64,000 nt of DNA from an uncultured Desulfatitalea sp. Lineage in GTDB: Bacteria; Desulfobacterota; Desulfobacteria; Desulfobacterales; Desulfosarcinaceae. The notes beneath the pieces were generated by a model that was not told the origin of the DNA, made no database searches, and was given only the letters and a program-made list of their open reading frames with translations. Within the stretch, counting starts at the first letter, position 1; each line of letters begins with the position of its first letter. Positions 1 through 10,439 of the stretch are shown here, piece by piece. The position numbers were made by a program, and so were the translations under genes. The stretch lies in NCBI GenBank assembly GCA_963668675.2, contig CAXXMB010000002.1, positions 192,001-256,000 on the forward strand. The letters are read 5' to 3'.

Positions 1-323
1 TAAGGTTATCAAGAAAGGGCTTCTCCAAAGTGTTTTAGGATATAATAGTGCTATATGCTATTCAGTATGCAACCATTTACCCTAAGAAATCATGCACTAA
101 ACAACGCTGAGCTTAAGTGGTGTCCATTTTGAAATAAGGGAATCACGGCTGCTCAGTGGCAGTCTCAACCTACCACCACACCATGTCATCAATATAACAT
201 ATTGAAATTGTGTATAAATATAAATACCACCTGATTATTGCGTGCCCCTTAAACTATCGGTGAATTTGACATAATTCAGGAGCAGACTATAAATTTTAGA
301 GAATCGCAATTCGGGAGGGCCTT

Positions 324-1430
324 ATGAAATGGAAATTTAGTATCGGTCGTTATTCAGGTATAAAGGTCTATGTTCACGCAACCTTTTTTCTTCTGCTTTT
401 GTGGGTTGCATACGCTCACTGGACGCAGGGAAATGGTTTAAGCGGCGCTGCAATCGGTGTCGTGTTTATGCTTTCGATCTTCCTATGCGTTGTCCTTCAC
501 GAGTTTGGGCATGCCCTTGCAGCAAGAACGTTCGGCATTGATACACGCGATATCATTCTGCTTCCCATAGGCGGCGTTGCCCGGCTTGAGAGGATGCCCC
601 GAGAACCTGTCCAGGAAATATATGTGGCCCTTGCCGGTCCGGCAGTGAACCTGGTCATTGCCGGCTTTCTATTCCTTGTTCTCATAATGACCAATACCCT
701 GGCTCCCATGAGCGACCTTACGGTGTCTTCCGGCCCATTTGTTGAACGCCTGATGATGGTCAATATTTTTCTTCTCATTTTCAATATGATTCCAGCGTTT
801 CCCATGGATGGGGGTCGGGTTCTTCGCGCCAGCCTCGCCATGCGTGGTGACTATGTCCAGGCAACACAAAGAGCGGCTCGGATCGGCCAGGGGATAGCGA
901 TTCTGTTCGGGCTTGCAGGGCTGATGATCGGAAATCCTTTTCTGGTCTTCATTGCCTTTTTCGTTTGGATCGGAGCAGTGCAGGAGGCCAGCATGTCCAA
1001 GATGAACACGGCAGTCAAAGGAATACCGGTGAGCCATGCGATGCTGACCGATTTTAAGTTTCTTGAATACGATGACAATCTGGGTAGGGCTGTTGAATTG
1101 ACCATTGCCGGTTCTCAAAACGATTTCCCCGTGGTGAAAAATGGCACCGTGGTCGGTGTGGTTACGCAGGAAAATCTGCTTTCAAGCCTGCAGAACCTCG
1201 GGAAAGAGGCCTCTGTGGCCGATGTGATACAGCAATCTTTCACAATTGCGGATGCTGATGAGATGCTTGAGGGCGCCTTGCAAAAACTCTCCCGCTGTCA
1301 GTGCCACATGCTGCCGGTGCTCCGGGATGGCCAGTTGGTCGGCTTACTGACCAAGGACAATATTAGTGAATTCGTGCGCATTCAAGCGGCACTGAAAAGA
1401 GAGCAATCTTATCCGGACCTGCCCAATTGA
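324..1430 (+). CDS. Site-2 protease (M50 zinc metalloprotease) with C-terminal CBS pair
   Basis: HEFGH motif in a TM segment, AGPAVN, FNMIPAFPMDGGR motif, two CBS domains at the C-terminus. Confidence 0.95.
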   Translation: MKWKFSIGRYSGIKVYVHATFFLLLLWVAYAHWTQGNGLSGAAIGVVFMLSIFLCVVLHEFGHALAARTFGIDTRDIILLPIGGVARLERMPREPVQEIYVALAGPAVNLVIAGFLFLVLIMTNTLAPMSDLTVSSGPFVERLMMVNIFLLIFNMIPAFPMDGGRVLRASLAMRGDYVQATQRAARIGQGIAILFGLAGLMIGNPFLVFIAFFVWIGAVQEASMSKMNTAVKGIPVSHAMLTDFKFLEYDDNLGRAVELTIAGSQNDFPVVKNGTVVGVVTQENLLSSLQNLGKEASVADVIQQSFTIADADEMLEGALQKLSRCQCHMLPVLRDGQLVGLLTKDNISEFVRIQAALKREQSYPDLPN

Positions 1431-1520
1431 CATTTTTTGCTTTGCTACTGATTTAAGATAAGAAGGATATGAGTGCTTGAAAACAATTAGCGGATCGGGG
1501 CGCTGCATATAAGGAGTAGA

Positions 1521-2351
1521 TTGATGGTAAAGCGAATTCTAATAGGCTTAGGTGGAACACCTTTCACGGCCGTGGCCGTCGAACGAGCGGTGGAACTGGC
1601 AGCACGGCATAAGGCTCGCATGAAAGCCGTCACCGTCGTAGATCCTGATCAAATTTGCAGCCTGGGGCCTGTCCCTGCCGGTGCAGGCGGTTATGCTAAG
1701 CGAATGTGCGATAATCGTATCGAAGTGACCAAAAGCCAAATCGAAGAATCAATTGCAATCCTTGAGAAGCGCTGTGAGCAGTCCGATGTTCACCTGAGCA
1801 TCGAAAGAGAGATCGGAGACCCATTCACCCTGATCATTGGCCACGCCCGCTATCATGACCTGACCATATTCGGCCTTCGCAGTATTTTTGATTACCAGCT
1901 GGTCACCGAGCCAAAAAAAGATCTCTATCGGCTTCTGTCGAATGGCGTGCGGCCAATCATTGCCGTTTCCAAGAAATTCCGCCAAATCAAAAAGGTGATG
2001 ATCGCCTACAATGGCTCCATGGAGTCGGCCAATGCGATGCAGCATTTCGTAGGTTTAAACTTATGGCCCGATACAACCTTGGATATCGTTCACATCGGTG
2101 AGCCGCAACAACCACCGTTGAGCCTGGTAGAAGATGCAGCTGCCTATTGCGCTGACCATGGATATCGCGTAAAAACCCATGTACGATCTGGCAAAGTCGC
2201 GGAGCAATTGCTGCCTGCAGCGCGACAAATCGATGCCGATATGATTGTCATGGGAAGGAGTACGCGAAGCCTCCTGGGCCGTCGCGTTCTGGGAGACATT
2301 GTAGAGAACACGCTGACCAGCACCGACCTTCCCCTCTTTCTATCGCAATAA
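1521..2351 (+). CDS. Universal stress protein (tandem USP domains)
   Basis: KRILIGL..., KKVMIAYNGSMES, ADMIVMG..., VLGDIVENTL..DLPLFL; RBS AAGGAG upstream. Confidence 0.9.
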   Translation: MMVKRILIGLGGTPFTAVAVERAVELAARHKARMKAVTVVDPDQICSLGPVPAGAGGYAKRMCDNRIEVTKSQIEESIAILEKRCEQSDVHLSIEREIGDPFTLIIGHARYHDLTIFGLRSIFDYQLVTEPKKDLYRLLSNGVRPIIAVSKKFRQIKKVMIAYNGSMESANAMQHFVGLNLWPDTTLDIVHIGEPQQPPLSLVEDAAAYCADHGYRVKTHVRSGKVAEQLLPAARQIDADMIVMGRSTRSLLGRRVLGDIVENTLTSTDLPLFLSQ

Positions 2352-2368
2352 TTCGCAAATCGAACAAA

Positions 2369-4642
2369 ATGGCCGCCATGCAAACGAAAAACAATCACCA
2401 TTCGCATTCGACCTTTTGGCCTGGTCGTCTGTCTGCATCGCTGCCTCTGTCGTTGTTTATCTGGTTTGCGCTGCAAGTTCCGATAATACAAGACGGGGGG
2501 CAACTGGCGGTCCGGATAAACTGGGTGCCCAGCATGGCCATCGAGTTCGACTTTCTTCTGGACGGCCTCAGCCTGTTGTTCGCGCTGATCATCACCGGGA
2601 TCGGCACCCTTGTTTGCGTCTATGCGGACGGTTACATGCAAGGGAGCCAATCGATCCGGAGATTTTATGGATACCTGCACGCTTTCCTGTTGTCCATGCT
2701 GGGACTTATCCTGAGTAATCATCTGCTTGTGTTGTTTGTTTTCTGGGAGTTGACAACGCTTTTTTCCTTCTTGCTGGTCGGATTCGATCACACAGCCAAA
2801 GTTGCACGCAACGGCGCACGGCAGGCGCTGCTGGTCACCGGCGGCGGCGGGCTTGCCTTGCTCGTAGGTATTCTTTTGATGCAACAGGCGACCGGCACCT
2901 ACACCGTGTCTGAATTATCGGGATACACCGACAAGCTTCGTGATCATCGACTATATCTGCCGCTGCTCGCCTGCATGCTGGCAGGCGCTTTTACCAAGTC
3001 GGCCCAGTTCCCGTTCCACTTCTGGCTGCCCGATGCCATGAGCGCCCCCACACCTATCAGCGCATTTCTCCATTCCGCGACCATGGTCAAAGCCGGCATC
3101 TACCTTTTGGCGCGGATGCATCCGATATTGGGGGGTACGACTGCATGGATGACCACTTTAGTGGTTGTCGGCGCTGTTACGGCGGTATGGGGCGCGATCG
3201 TTTCCCTGGCTCAAACCGATTTAAAGCGGATGCTGGCCCATACCACGATTATGGCGCTTGGAATCATCACCATGTTTCTCGGCGGGCAGACGACGCCGGC
3301 CCTGACAGCGGCGATCACCTTCCTCCTGGTGCATGCCCTGTACAAGTCGTCACTTTTCATGGTGGTCGGCGCCATTGACCACCAGACCGGTACACGCAAA
3401 TTGGATGAGATCGGGGGAATCGGCAAAACGATGCCTTTCACGGCCGCTGCAGCTCTCATGGCCGCCTTGTCCATGGCGGGATTTCCGCTATTTCTCGGTT
3501 TTATCGGTAAGGAGATCATGTACAAGGGAGCGCTAACCGAAGATGTTTATCCCGTCCTGGCCACTACCGCCGCGCTGGTATCCAATGCCCTGATGGTTGC
3601 TGTGGCCGCAGCTATAGTCATCCGACCGTTTTGGGGAAAGCAGGGCAGCGTTCGCCCCCAAAGGGAAACCCCTTGGCAGATGTGGTTAGGCCCTCTGCTG
3701 ATTGGTATGGTGAGCTTAGGGTTCGGCATGATACCCGATTGGGTCGCCCATTGGCTGGTCGAACCGGCGGTTCTGGCTTTTCATGCAACCAGAGAAGAAA
3801 TTACGCTACAACTGTTTCACGGAATCAACGAGCCGCTGCTGCTCAGCATGCTCACACTCGCTCTGGGTTCGGTCGTCTATCTTGGCCGGCGCTGGCTGCG
3901 CCGCACTATTAAGCACATGATTGGGCTGCTTCCCATAACGATGCAGGCGGCATACGAGCGACTTCTCGACATCACAATAGCGACTGCCAAATGGCAGACA
4001 AAGGTGCTGCAGAGCGGATCACTCTGGCAATACCTGATCATCATCATTGGCGTGACGCTGCTCACCGTGGGTCGTGCCCTCCTGGTCTCGGGAGAGCTTC
4101 GACTGATCCGCATCGACCCAGAGATCTCCGTCTGGCTGACACTTCTGCTCCTGGCCATGATGGTATCGATCGGTATCGTCGTCCTGGCGCGATCCCGCCT
4201 GCAGGCGATTTGCGGTCTCGGGGTAATCGGTGCCGGCATGGCAATCATTTTTCTCGCTTTCGGCGCCCCCGACGTTGGATTGACCCAGGTGCTGGTCGAG
4301 ACGTTGACGCTGATTTTCGCGGCGATCGTTCTTTTACGCCTTCCCCCGCTGCAGCGAAATCAGCAGCGCAGTGTCGTCCGCAACGGACTGAGCATATTGG
4401 TGGCCGTTGCAGGAGGCGCCATTGTGACCGGTCTACTGCTGGCAGTCAACCAGTATGAAATGGATCGCACCGTTACTGCCTTTTACGAACAGGCCAGTTA
4501 CCTGAAAGCGCACGGCCGCAATATTGTCAATGTGATTCTAGTTGATTTTCGCAGTCTGGACACCATGGGTGAAATCATCGTGGTAGCCGCCTCGGCACTT
4601 GCGGCATTGGCATTGATTCGGAAAGGAAGGATGGCACGATGA
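2369..4642 (+). CDS. mrpA: Mrp Na+/H+ antiporter subunit A
   Basis: FWELTT, GAFTKSAQFPFHFWLPDAMSAPTPISAFLHSATMVKAG, GRNIVNVILVDFRSLDTMGE. Confidence 0.95.
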   Translation: MAAMQTKNNHHSHSTFWPGRLSASLPLSLFIWFALQVPIIQDGGQLAVRINWVPSMAIEFDFLLDGLSLLFALIITGIGTLVCVYADGYMQGSQSIRRFYGYLHAFLLSMLGLILSNHLLVLFVFWELTTLFSFLLVGFDHTAKVARNGARQALLVTGGGGLALLVGILLMQQATGTYTVSELSGYTDKLRDHRLYLPLLACMLAGAFTKSAQFPFHFWLPDAMSAPTPISAFLHSATMVKAGIYLLARMHPILGGTTAWMTTLVVVGAVTAVWGAIVSLAQTDLKRMLAHTTIMALGIITMFLGGQTTPALTAAITFLLVHALYKSSLFMVVGAIDHQTGTRKLDEIGGIGKTMPFTAAAALMAALSMAGFPLFLGFIGKEIMYKGALTEDVYPVLATTAALVSNALMVAVAAAIVIRPFWGKQGSVRPQRETPWQMWLGPLLIGMVSLGFGMIPDWVAHWLVEPAVLAFHATREEITLQLFHGINEPLLLSMLTLALGSVVYLGRRWLRRTIKHMIGLLPITMQAAYERLLDITIATAKWQTKVLQSGSLWQYLIIIIGVTLLTVGRALLVSGELRLIRIDPEISVWLTLLLLAMMVSIGIVVLARSRLQAICGLGVIGAGMAIIFLAFGAPDVGLTQVLVETLTLIFAAIVLLRLPPLQRNQQRSVVRNGLSILVAVAGGAIVTGLLLAVNQYEMDRTVTAFYEQASYLKAHGRNIVNVILVDFRSLDTMGEIIVVAASALAALALIRKGRMAR

Positions 4643-5037
4643 GATCGGTAATTTTAAAGGCGGCGACACGGCTTCTGAGCGGGCTGGTTCTGGTCCTCTC
4701 CATCTATATGCTCTGGCGGGGGCATCACGAGCCGGGGGGAGGATTCATCGCTGCCCTGGTGGCGGCAACCGCATTCGCCCTGATGGGCCTGTCGGAGGGG
4801 CCGGCTGCAGTGCGCAACGGGCTTCGAATCCGACCGCAGTACCTGATGGCTGCAGGCATGCTCCTATCCATGAGCGCTGGAGGTATCGGCATGATTTACC
4901 AACAACCCTTTCTCACGGGCCTATGGTGGCCCTCACACAGCGCCTTGGCGGGCACCCCGCTACTCTTCGACATAGGCGTATTTCTTGTAGTGCTGGGGGC
5001 CATCTTGACTGTTTTACTGGCATTGGAGGAGAGCTGA
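4639..5037 (+). CDS. mrpB: Mrp antiporter subunit B
   Basis: RGHHEPGGGFIAAL and LFDIGVFLVV motifs; ATGA overlap with mrpA. Confidence 0.93.
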   Translation: MRSVILKAATRLLSGLVLVLSIYMLWRGHHEPGGGFIAALVAATAFALMGLSEGPAAVRNGLRIRPQYLMAAGMLLSMSAGGIGMIYQQPFLTGLWWPSHSALAGTPLLFDIGVFLVVLGAILTVLLALEES

Positions 5038-5038
5038 C

Positions 5039-5437
5039 ATGGAGGGTGTGCTGGCCATTCTCAGCGGCAGCCTGGTTGCCGGGGGTGTCTATCTCGTGCT
5101 CAGTCAAAACTTGGTCCGCATGATTTTCGGACTGATCATGTTGAGCAACGCCGTCAATCTTGCCATCTTTACGGCGGGCCGACTGGCGCATCGTAAACCG
5201 GCATTGATCTCAACAAACCACGTCGTTCCAGAAACCAGCGTGGCCAATGCCTTACCGCAGGCCCTGATACTAACGGCGATTGTTATCGGTTTCGCCCTGC
5301 TGGTGTTCATGTTCGTTCTCTTCTACCGCAGTTATGAAACCCTGGGCACCGTGGATACGCGATTGATGCCCGAGGATGAGATGCCCGTGGATTCAGACCA
5401 TGACATGGAGGCGGCCCAAAAGGAGACGCTGCCATGA
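5039..5437 (+). CDS. mrpC: Mrp antiporter subunit C
   Basis: LSNAVNL, LPQALILTAIVIGF motifs. Confidence 0.95.
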   Translation: MEGVLAILSGSLVAGGVYLVLSQNLVRMIFGLIMLSNAVNLAIFTAGRLAHRKPALISTNHVVPETSVANALPQALILTAIVIGFALLVFMFVLFYRSYETLGTVDTRLMPEDEMPVDSDHDMEAAQKETLP

Positions 5438-6930
5438 GCAATGCCATGGTGTATCCACTTCTCGTGCCGTTTGGAACGGCTGCGCTGAGTTTATTGCTCT
5501 GGCGAAAGCCTGCCATGCAGCAAATCGTCTCCCTCACCGGTGCGGTCGCTCACCTGGCCGCAAGCGCCATGCTGCTTTCGGTAGTGATCAACGACGGCAT
5601 TCAGGTCCTGTACGTGGGCAACTGGCCGGCGCCGTATGGAATTTCTCTGGTAGCCGACCATTTGAGTGTGCTGATGCTGGTGGTTACTGGTATTCTGGGA
5701 ACGGCCACGGCCGTTTATGCCCGGGGGGAGTTGGATGCCAGTATGCGCGCCAAGGGATTCCACACCCTGTTCCATATTCTGGTCGGTGGTCTCAGCGGCG
5801 CCTTTTTAACCGGAGACCTATTTAATCTCTACGTCTGGTTTGAAGTCATGCTAATGGCTTCCTTCGGTCTTCTGATGTGGGGTCAGCGTCGCAGACAATT
5901 CAGCGGTGCGATTCGCTATGTGGTCATCAATCTGCTGGCGACCCTGCTGTTCCTGTTGGGACTGGCCCTGCTATACGGCCTGACAGGTACGCTAAACATG
6001 GCCCACCTGCATCAGAAAATCGCAACCCACGAAGCAAAAGGGCTGGTGACGGCAATTGCCTTTATCTTCATGGCGGCATTTGGCATCAAAGCCGGTTTGT
6101 TCCCGCTCTTCTCCTGGTTGCCCGCATCCTATCATACGCCGCCCTTTGCCATATCGGCCTTTTTCGCCGGCATGCTGACCAAGGTAGGCGTATATGCGCT
6201 TATTCGGACTTTTACCCTGGTCTTTCATCACGATATCGCCACCACCCACAGCGTGCTCCTGGTCGTCGCCTGCTTGACCATGGTGACCGGAGTGTTGGGC
6301 GCGGCGGCCCAGAACGAATTCAGACGCATCCTCTCGTTTCACATCATCAGTCAGGTTGGCTACATGCTGCTTGGACTGGCGCTATGGACGCCCCTGGCGA
6401 TGGCCGGAGCTGTTTTCTACCTGGTCCATCATATGATCGTCAAAGCCAACCTTTTTCTGATCAGCGGTCTTGGTCACGACCTTAACGGCACCACAAACCT
6501 GGACCGCATGGGCGGCATCTACAGTAAAAAGCCACTTGTGGCAGCCCTTTTCTTCGTACCGGCATTCTCCCTGGCCGGCTTTCCGCCACTGTCGGGTTTC
6601 TGGGCTAAACTCCTGTTGATTCAAGCCAGTTTGCAGATTCAAGATTACATCGTGGCCGCGATAGCCGTGATTGTGGGCATGCTGACCATATTTTCAATGG
6701 TGAAGATATGGATAGGCGCTTTCTGGAAGCCACTTCCGACGACCGGCACTGGCAGGCCAAGCCAATCCCTTTCCGGTTGGAAGCTCGCACCGGTCTGTGC
6801 ACTCGGTTTGATCACCGTACTCATCGGCATCGGCGCTGAACCCGTCTTTCAATTGGCCGCTACGGCAGCCAGGGAATTAATGGCTCCTGAAATTTACGTA
6901 CAGGCTGTGTTAGCGGGGGGTGGCCCATGA
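5434..6930 (+). CDS. mrpD: Mrp antiporter subunit D
   Basis: LTGDLFNLYVWFEVML, GIKAGLFPL, LTKVGVY, SLAGFPPLSGFWAK. Confidence 0.95.
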   Translation: MSNAMVYPLLVPFGTAALSLLLWRKPAMQQIVSLTGAVAHLAASAMLLSVVINDGIQVLYVGNWPAPYGISLVADHLSVLMLVVTGILGTATAVYARGELDASMRAKGFHTLFHILVGGLSGAFLTGDLFNLYVWFEVMLMASFGLLMWGQRRRQFSGAIRYVVINLLATLLFLLGLALLYGLTGTLNMAHLHQKIATHEAKGLVTAIAFIFMAAFGIKAGLFPLFSWLPASYHTPPFAISAFFAGMLTKVGVYALIRTFTLVFHHDIATTHSVLLVVACLTMVTGVLGAAAQNEFRRILSFHIISQVGYMLLGLALWTPLAMAGAVFYLVHHMIVKANLFLISGLGHDLNGTTNLDRMGGIYSKKPLVAALFFVPAFSLAGFPPLSGFWAKLLLIQASLQIQDYIVAAIAVIVGMLTIFSMVKIWIGAFWKPLPTTGTGRPSQSLSGWKLAPVCALGLITVLIGIGAEPVFQLAATAARELMAPEIYVQAVLAGGGP

Positions 6931-7400
6931 ACCTCTTCTTCATAAATATACTGCTGTCGGTTGGATTCATGATCGCTTTGGAGTCGTTTAGGCTCAGTAC
7001 CCTTATGATTGGTCTGATCGTCGGATATGGCGCATTATGGTTAACGCGGCCACTGTATGGCGATAGCCGCTATTTCCGTCGTGTGCCCAATATCATTCGT
7101 CTCTGCGTTTTTTTTACCAAAGCCTTGTTTGTCTCAAACCTGCGGGTGCTATGGGATGTGGTGACCCCACAGCATATCAGCCGACCCGGAATCATTCGCC
7201 TTCCACTGGATGCCCGCACGGACCTTGAAATCATGCTGGTGGCCAACCTGATCTCACTTACCCCGGGGACACTGAGTATCGACCTGTCCGAGGACCGTTG
7301 CACGCTTTACGTTCATGTCATGTTCCTGGACGATGTCGAACAGATCCGTAGGGAACTCAAACAAGGCCTTGAACGCCGGGTGCTGGAGGTGATGCGATGA
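6927..7400 (+). CDS. mrpE: Mrp antiporter subunit E
   Basis: ANLISLTPGTLSID...LYVH motif. Confidence 0.95.
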   Translation: MNLFFINILLSVGFMIALESFRLSTLMIGLIVGYGALWLTRPLYGDSRYFRRVPNIIRLCVFFTKALFVSNLRVLWDVVTPQHISRPGIIRLPLDARTDLEIMLVANLISLTPGTLSIDLSEDRCTLYVHVMFLDDVEQIRRELKQGLERRVLEVMR

Positions 7401-7729
7401 TGGCTATCGAATCGGTAGTAGTAACAGCCACCGCACGAATAGGACTATCTATCTTGGCGCTGAGCATGGTGCTGGTGCTCTATAGAATCATACGCGGCCC
7501 GAAAAACGCCGATCGCATTATAGCCCTTGATCTTCTATCCGTGATAGTGGTGGCCCTGTTGGCCCTCTATGCAATTTTCTCAGGAGATGCGGTCTTTTTA
7601 GACGTCGTTATCGCCTATGCGTTGGTGGCATTCTTAGGTACTGTGGCTTTTGCCCGCTATATTATGCGGGCGGCAGAAAACGCGGCTAAAAATTCAATTC
7701 ATTCGCCAAAAGGAGAAGACCATGATTGA
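7397..7729 (+). CDS. mrpF: Mrp antiporter subunit F
   Basis: GP..ADRIIALD, AFLGTVAFARY. Confidence 0.93.
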   Translation: MMAIESVVVTATARIGLSILALSMVLVLYRIIRGPKNADRIIALDLLSVIVVALLALYAIFSGDAVFLDVVIAYALVAFLGTVAFARYIMRAAENAAKNSIHSPKGEDHD

Positions 7730-8111
7730 TTGGCTTATCGCAGCCTTGATGCTGTCGGGCTGTGTCTTCTGCCTCGTGGCGGCAGTAGGCCTCATTCGTC
7801 TTCCGGACACGCTGATCCGCATGCACGCCGCCACCAAGGCCGGAACCTTAGGCGCTGGTTTGATTCTGGCTTCAGTGGCTGTTTTCTTTGCCGACGCGGG
7901 TACGGTATTCAGAGCACTGCTTGCGTTGGTTTTTCTCTACATGACAGCGCCGGTGGCAGCTCACTTGATTGGCCGGGCCGCTTACCGATCAGGAATCCAA
8001 CTCTCTTCCCGGACGGTGATAGACCAACTCAATATCGATATGAGAGGAAAAAACAATAGAATCCGTGATGATGAACGAATCAGCACTTCGAATTCAAGGA
8101 TTGAGTCTTGA
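7722..8111 (+). CDS. mrpG: Mrp antiporter subunit G
   Basis: GLIRLPD...RMHAATKAGTLG, TAPVAAHLIGRAAY; start moved to ATG 7722 after AGGAGA. Confidence 0.93.
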   Translation: MIDWLIAALMLSGCVFCLVAAVGLIRLPDTLIRMHAATKAGTLGAGLILASVAVFFADAGTVFRALLALVFLYMTAPVAAHLIGRAAYRSGIQLSSRTVIDQLNIDMRGKNNRIRDDERISTSNSRIES

Positions 8112-8344
8112 CCACCATAACTATTCCATCTAATTTATAAATATCGACACTCGCTAAAGCATCCTTCTTCGTCATATTGTTGCGTACAAACAGATATCGT
8201 ATATCTGAACCTTTGGCTCATAGATCATCTGGATAGATCATCTGGTTTGAGAATAGTTTCCATTTTTTTAGGAATAGGCCTTTATTTCGTTAAAGCGTCT
8301 GGTGGTTCGTAACCAATCTGAATTCAAACCGAAGGAGGCACCGC

Positions 8345-9991
8345 ATGAGTCTTCCTGACCGAAACAATCCCTATTCGTTTGAAAATTTTCTCAACACACT
8401 TCACAGATTCGACTTTTACACAGATGATCCGTTTTTACAAAAAACCCTTACGCATTTCGCAAGCGAGGAATTTACCGAACTGGATCTAAAGTTGCGCACA
8501 TTTTCACCCAAGGTTTCCTTTCGGTGGAGCCGCTTGGCTGATACCGGTGGTAAACCCAATAAGCTGCCATACATAGAACATTACAATGCATTCAACCAAA
8601 GGATCGACAGAATTGTTCGTGCAACTGAAACGCTGCAATTGGAGAAGGAAATTTTCAGCGAAGGCTTATTTTCATCCAAGGTCACAGCCTGGGAGAGTCT
8701 GGCCAAACGATACTTGCTGTTCCAGTTAGGTGAGTTTGGCGTGATGTGCCCGATTACATGTACGGAAGGGCTGGTCGCGCTGATCCAACAATTTCCGGAA
8801 GACCACACCCCGGAAGTCAAAGCCATATTGAAACACTGCACGGAGGGTGTTAACGGTGAATTCGGTATCGGCGCCCAATTTATGTCAGAGATACAAGGTG
8901 GATCTGACATCCCTTCCAATCTTTTAGAGGCCGTTGCTGACAATGGCCACTATCGACTATACGGTTCTAAATTCTTCACATCGGCTGTACACGCAGACTA
9001 CGCCGTCGTCACAGCGAAAGTTTCAGGAAGTGAAGATACCGGCACCTTCATCGTTCCATCATGGATGCCTGGGTACAAGGAAAAGGAAATTCGCAATAAC
9101 TTCCGCATCAACCGTATTAAGTGGAAGATGGGGACCTGTGAAGTGCCAACAGCAGAGTTGGAATACGACGGTGCCGTTTGCTACGCCATTGGTCCAACGG
9201 ACCGCGGTGTTGCCAACGCGGTTGGCATTGTTTTGAGCCTGTCGCGCATTGGCATCGGGATCTCCAGTGCCGCTGAAATTACCAGGGCTGCCCGTGAAGC
9301 CCAGCTCTATGCTGAATTCCGGGACGTCTTTGGGATAAAAATCGGTCAGTGGGCCTTGGCCAACCAGCAAGTGCGCGATCTGGTCCACGAGGCGCAACGC
9401 TGCCTTGCAGGGGTATGCAAAATTTTCGCTTTGTTCCAGGAACTGGGGGGGCGTTTGCAACCGGGTTTGGCCTCGGATGAGGCGTTGGAGAGAAGACGCA
9501 GGCGCTTTCTGCTCAGGGAGCTCATCATTATGCAAAAGCTGGTCACTGCATCTGACGCTGTGGAGGCTCTTCGCAAGGGCATCAGTATTTTCGGTGGTCA
9601 CGGTGTAATCGAAGACTTCTGTTCCCTTCCTCGAATTTTCCGAGACGCTGCGGTGAATGAGCTCTGGGAAGGACCCCGCAACGTGCTTTTAATGCAGATA
9701 TTCCGAGACATGTCGAGAGCAGCCGAGTTCTATCCTCCCGATGCTTTTTTGAATGATCTGCTATCGGGTGCTCCCCAGAAAGATATCGATGACTTAGGCC
9801 GCCGGGCCATGCAGTTTGCTGTCAAACCACCATTCCAAGAATTGGACAGAGAGTCACGCCTTCAGGCATTGGCCTGGGAAGAGTTCATCGTGGACGTATT
9901 TCGCAGCTACCAGGAGACAGCGCTGCATGAAGTAGGCCCCGAACCCATAATAGGATCCCCAAAAATGCGTATGCCTGAGATTTGGGAGTAA
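8345..9991 (+). CDS. Acyl-CoA dehydrogenase family protein (AidB-like)
   Basis: CPITCTEG, AQFMSEIQGGSD, LYGSKFFTS, FGGHGVIEDF, RDAAVNELWEGPRNV. Confidence 0.88.
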   Translation: MSLPDRNNPYSFENFLNTLHRFDFYTDDPFLQKTLTHFASEEFTELDLKLRTFSPKVSFRWSRLADTGGKPNKLPYIEHYNAFNQRIDRIVRATETLQLEKEIFSEGLFSSKVTAWESLAKRYLLFQLGEFGVMCPITCTEGLVALIQQFPEDHTPEVKAILKHCTEGVNGEFGIGAQFMSEIQGGSDIPSNLLEAVADNGHYRLYGSKFFTSAVHADYAVVTAKVSGSEDTGTFIVPSWMPGYKEKEIRNNFRINRIKWKMGTCEVPTAELEYDGAVCYAIGPTDRGVANAVGIVLSLSRIGIGISSAAEITRAAREAQLYAEFRDVFGIKIGQWALANQQVRDLVHEAQRCLAGVCKIFALFQELGGRLQPGLASDEALERRRRRFLLRELIIMQKLVTASDAVEALRKGISIFGGHGVIEDFCSLPRIFRDAAVNELWEGPRNVLLMQIFRDMSRAAEFYPPDAFLNDLLSGAPQKDIDDLGRRAMQFAVKPPFQELDRESRLQALAWEEFIVDVFRSYQETALHEVGPEPIIGSPKMRMPEIWE

Positions 9992-10439
9992 AGGATACCT
10001 CTGTCGGAGAGTGATCTGAGTCAAATTGAAATCTGGCGGGCTTCGGTTAAAAAAAACTTGACGGTACCCAGTGATAAAGAATATTGGTGGTGCACATTGA
10101 AACCATGTGTGAAAGAGATTTTTATGTTCAGAAAAACAATGGATATTGCGTCAATCGTTGCCGACAAGGGGACTAACCCGCCGGTGGTTGATTGAGCATA
10201 CCTCTGCAATACGAAACACGGCCTATTGTGTTTTAAAACAGATCTTTTTTAGTCTGTTCCACAGCAGATTCTTATTCAAGATTCCGCCGCTGTAGTTGAC
10301 CCCTCAGTCAGTAACGATTCAAGCCAACAAGATATCAATAAGCGATAAAAATTGTCGGTGGACTGCATATTCCGTCTTTGGTGTCATGCACCGGTAATTA
10401 ACGGCTATGATTTACGGGGACAATAAGAGGAGATCAACA

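Noticed and set aside
8220..8245. ATAGATCATCTGG tandem duplication (similar GGCCGCTATAA x2 at about 38387)
   Set aside because: Only two copies with no spacer; consistent with slippage, not an array.
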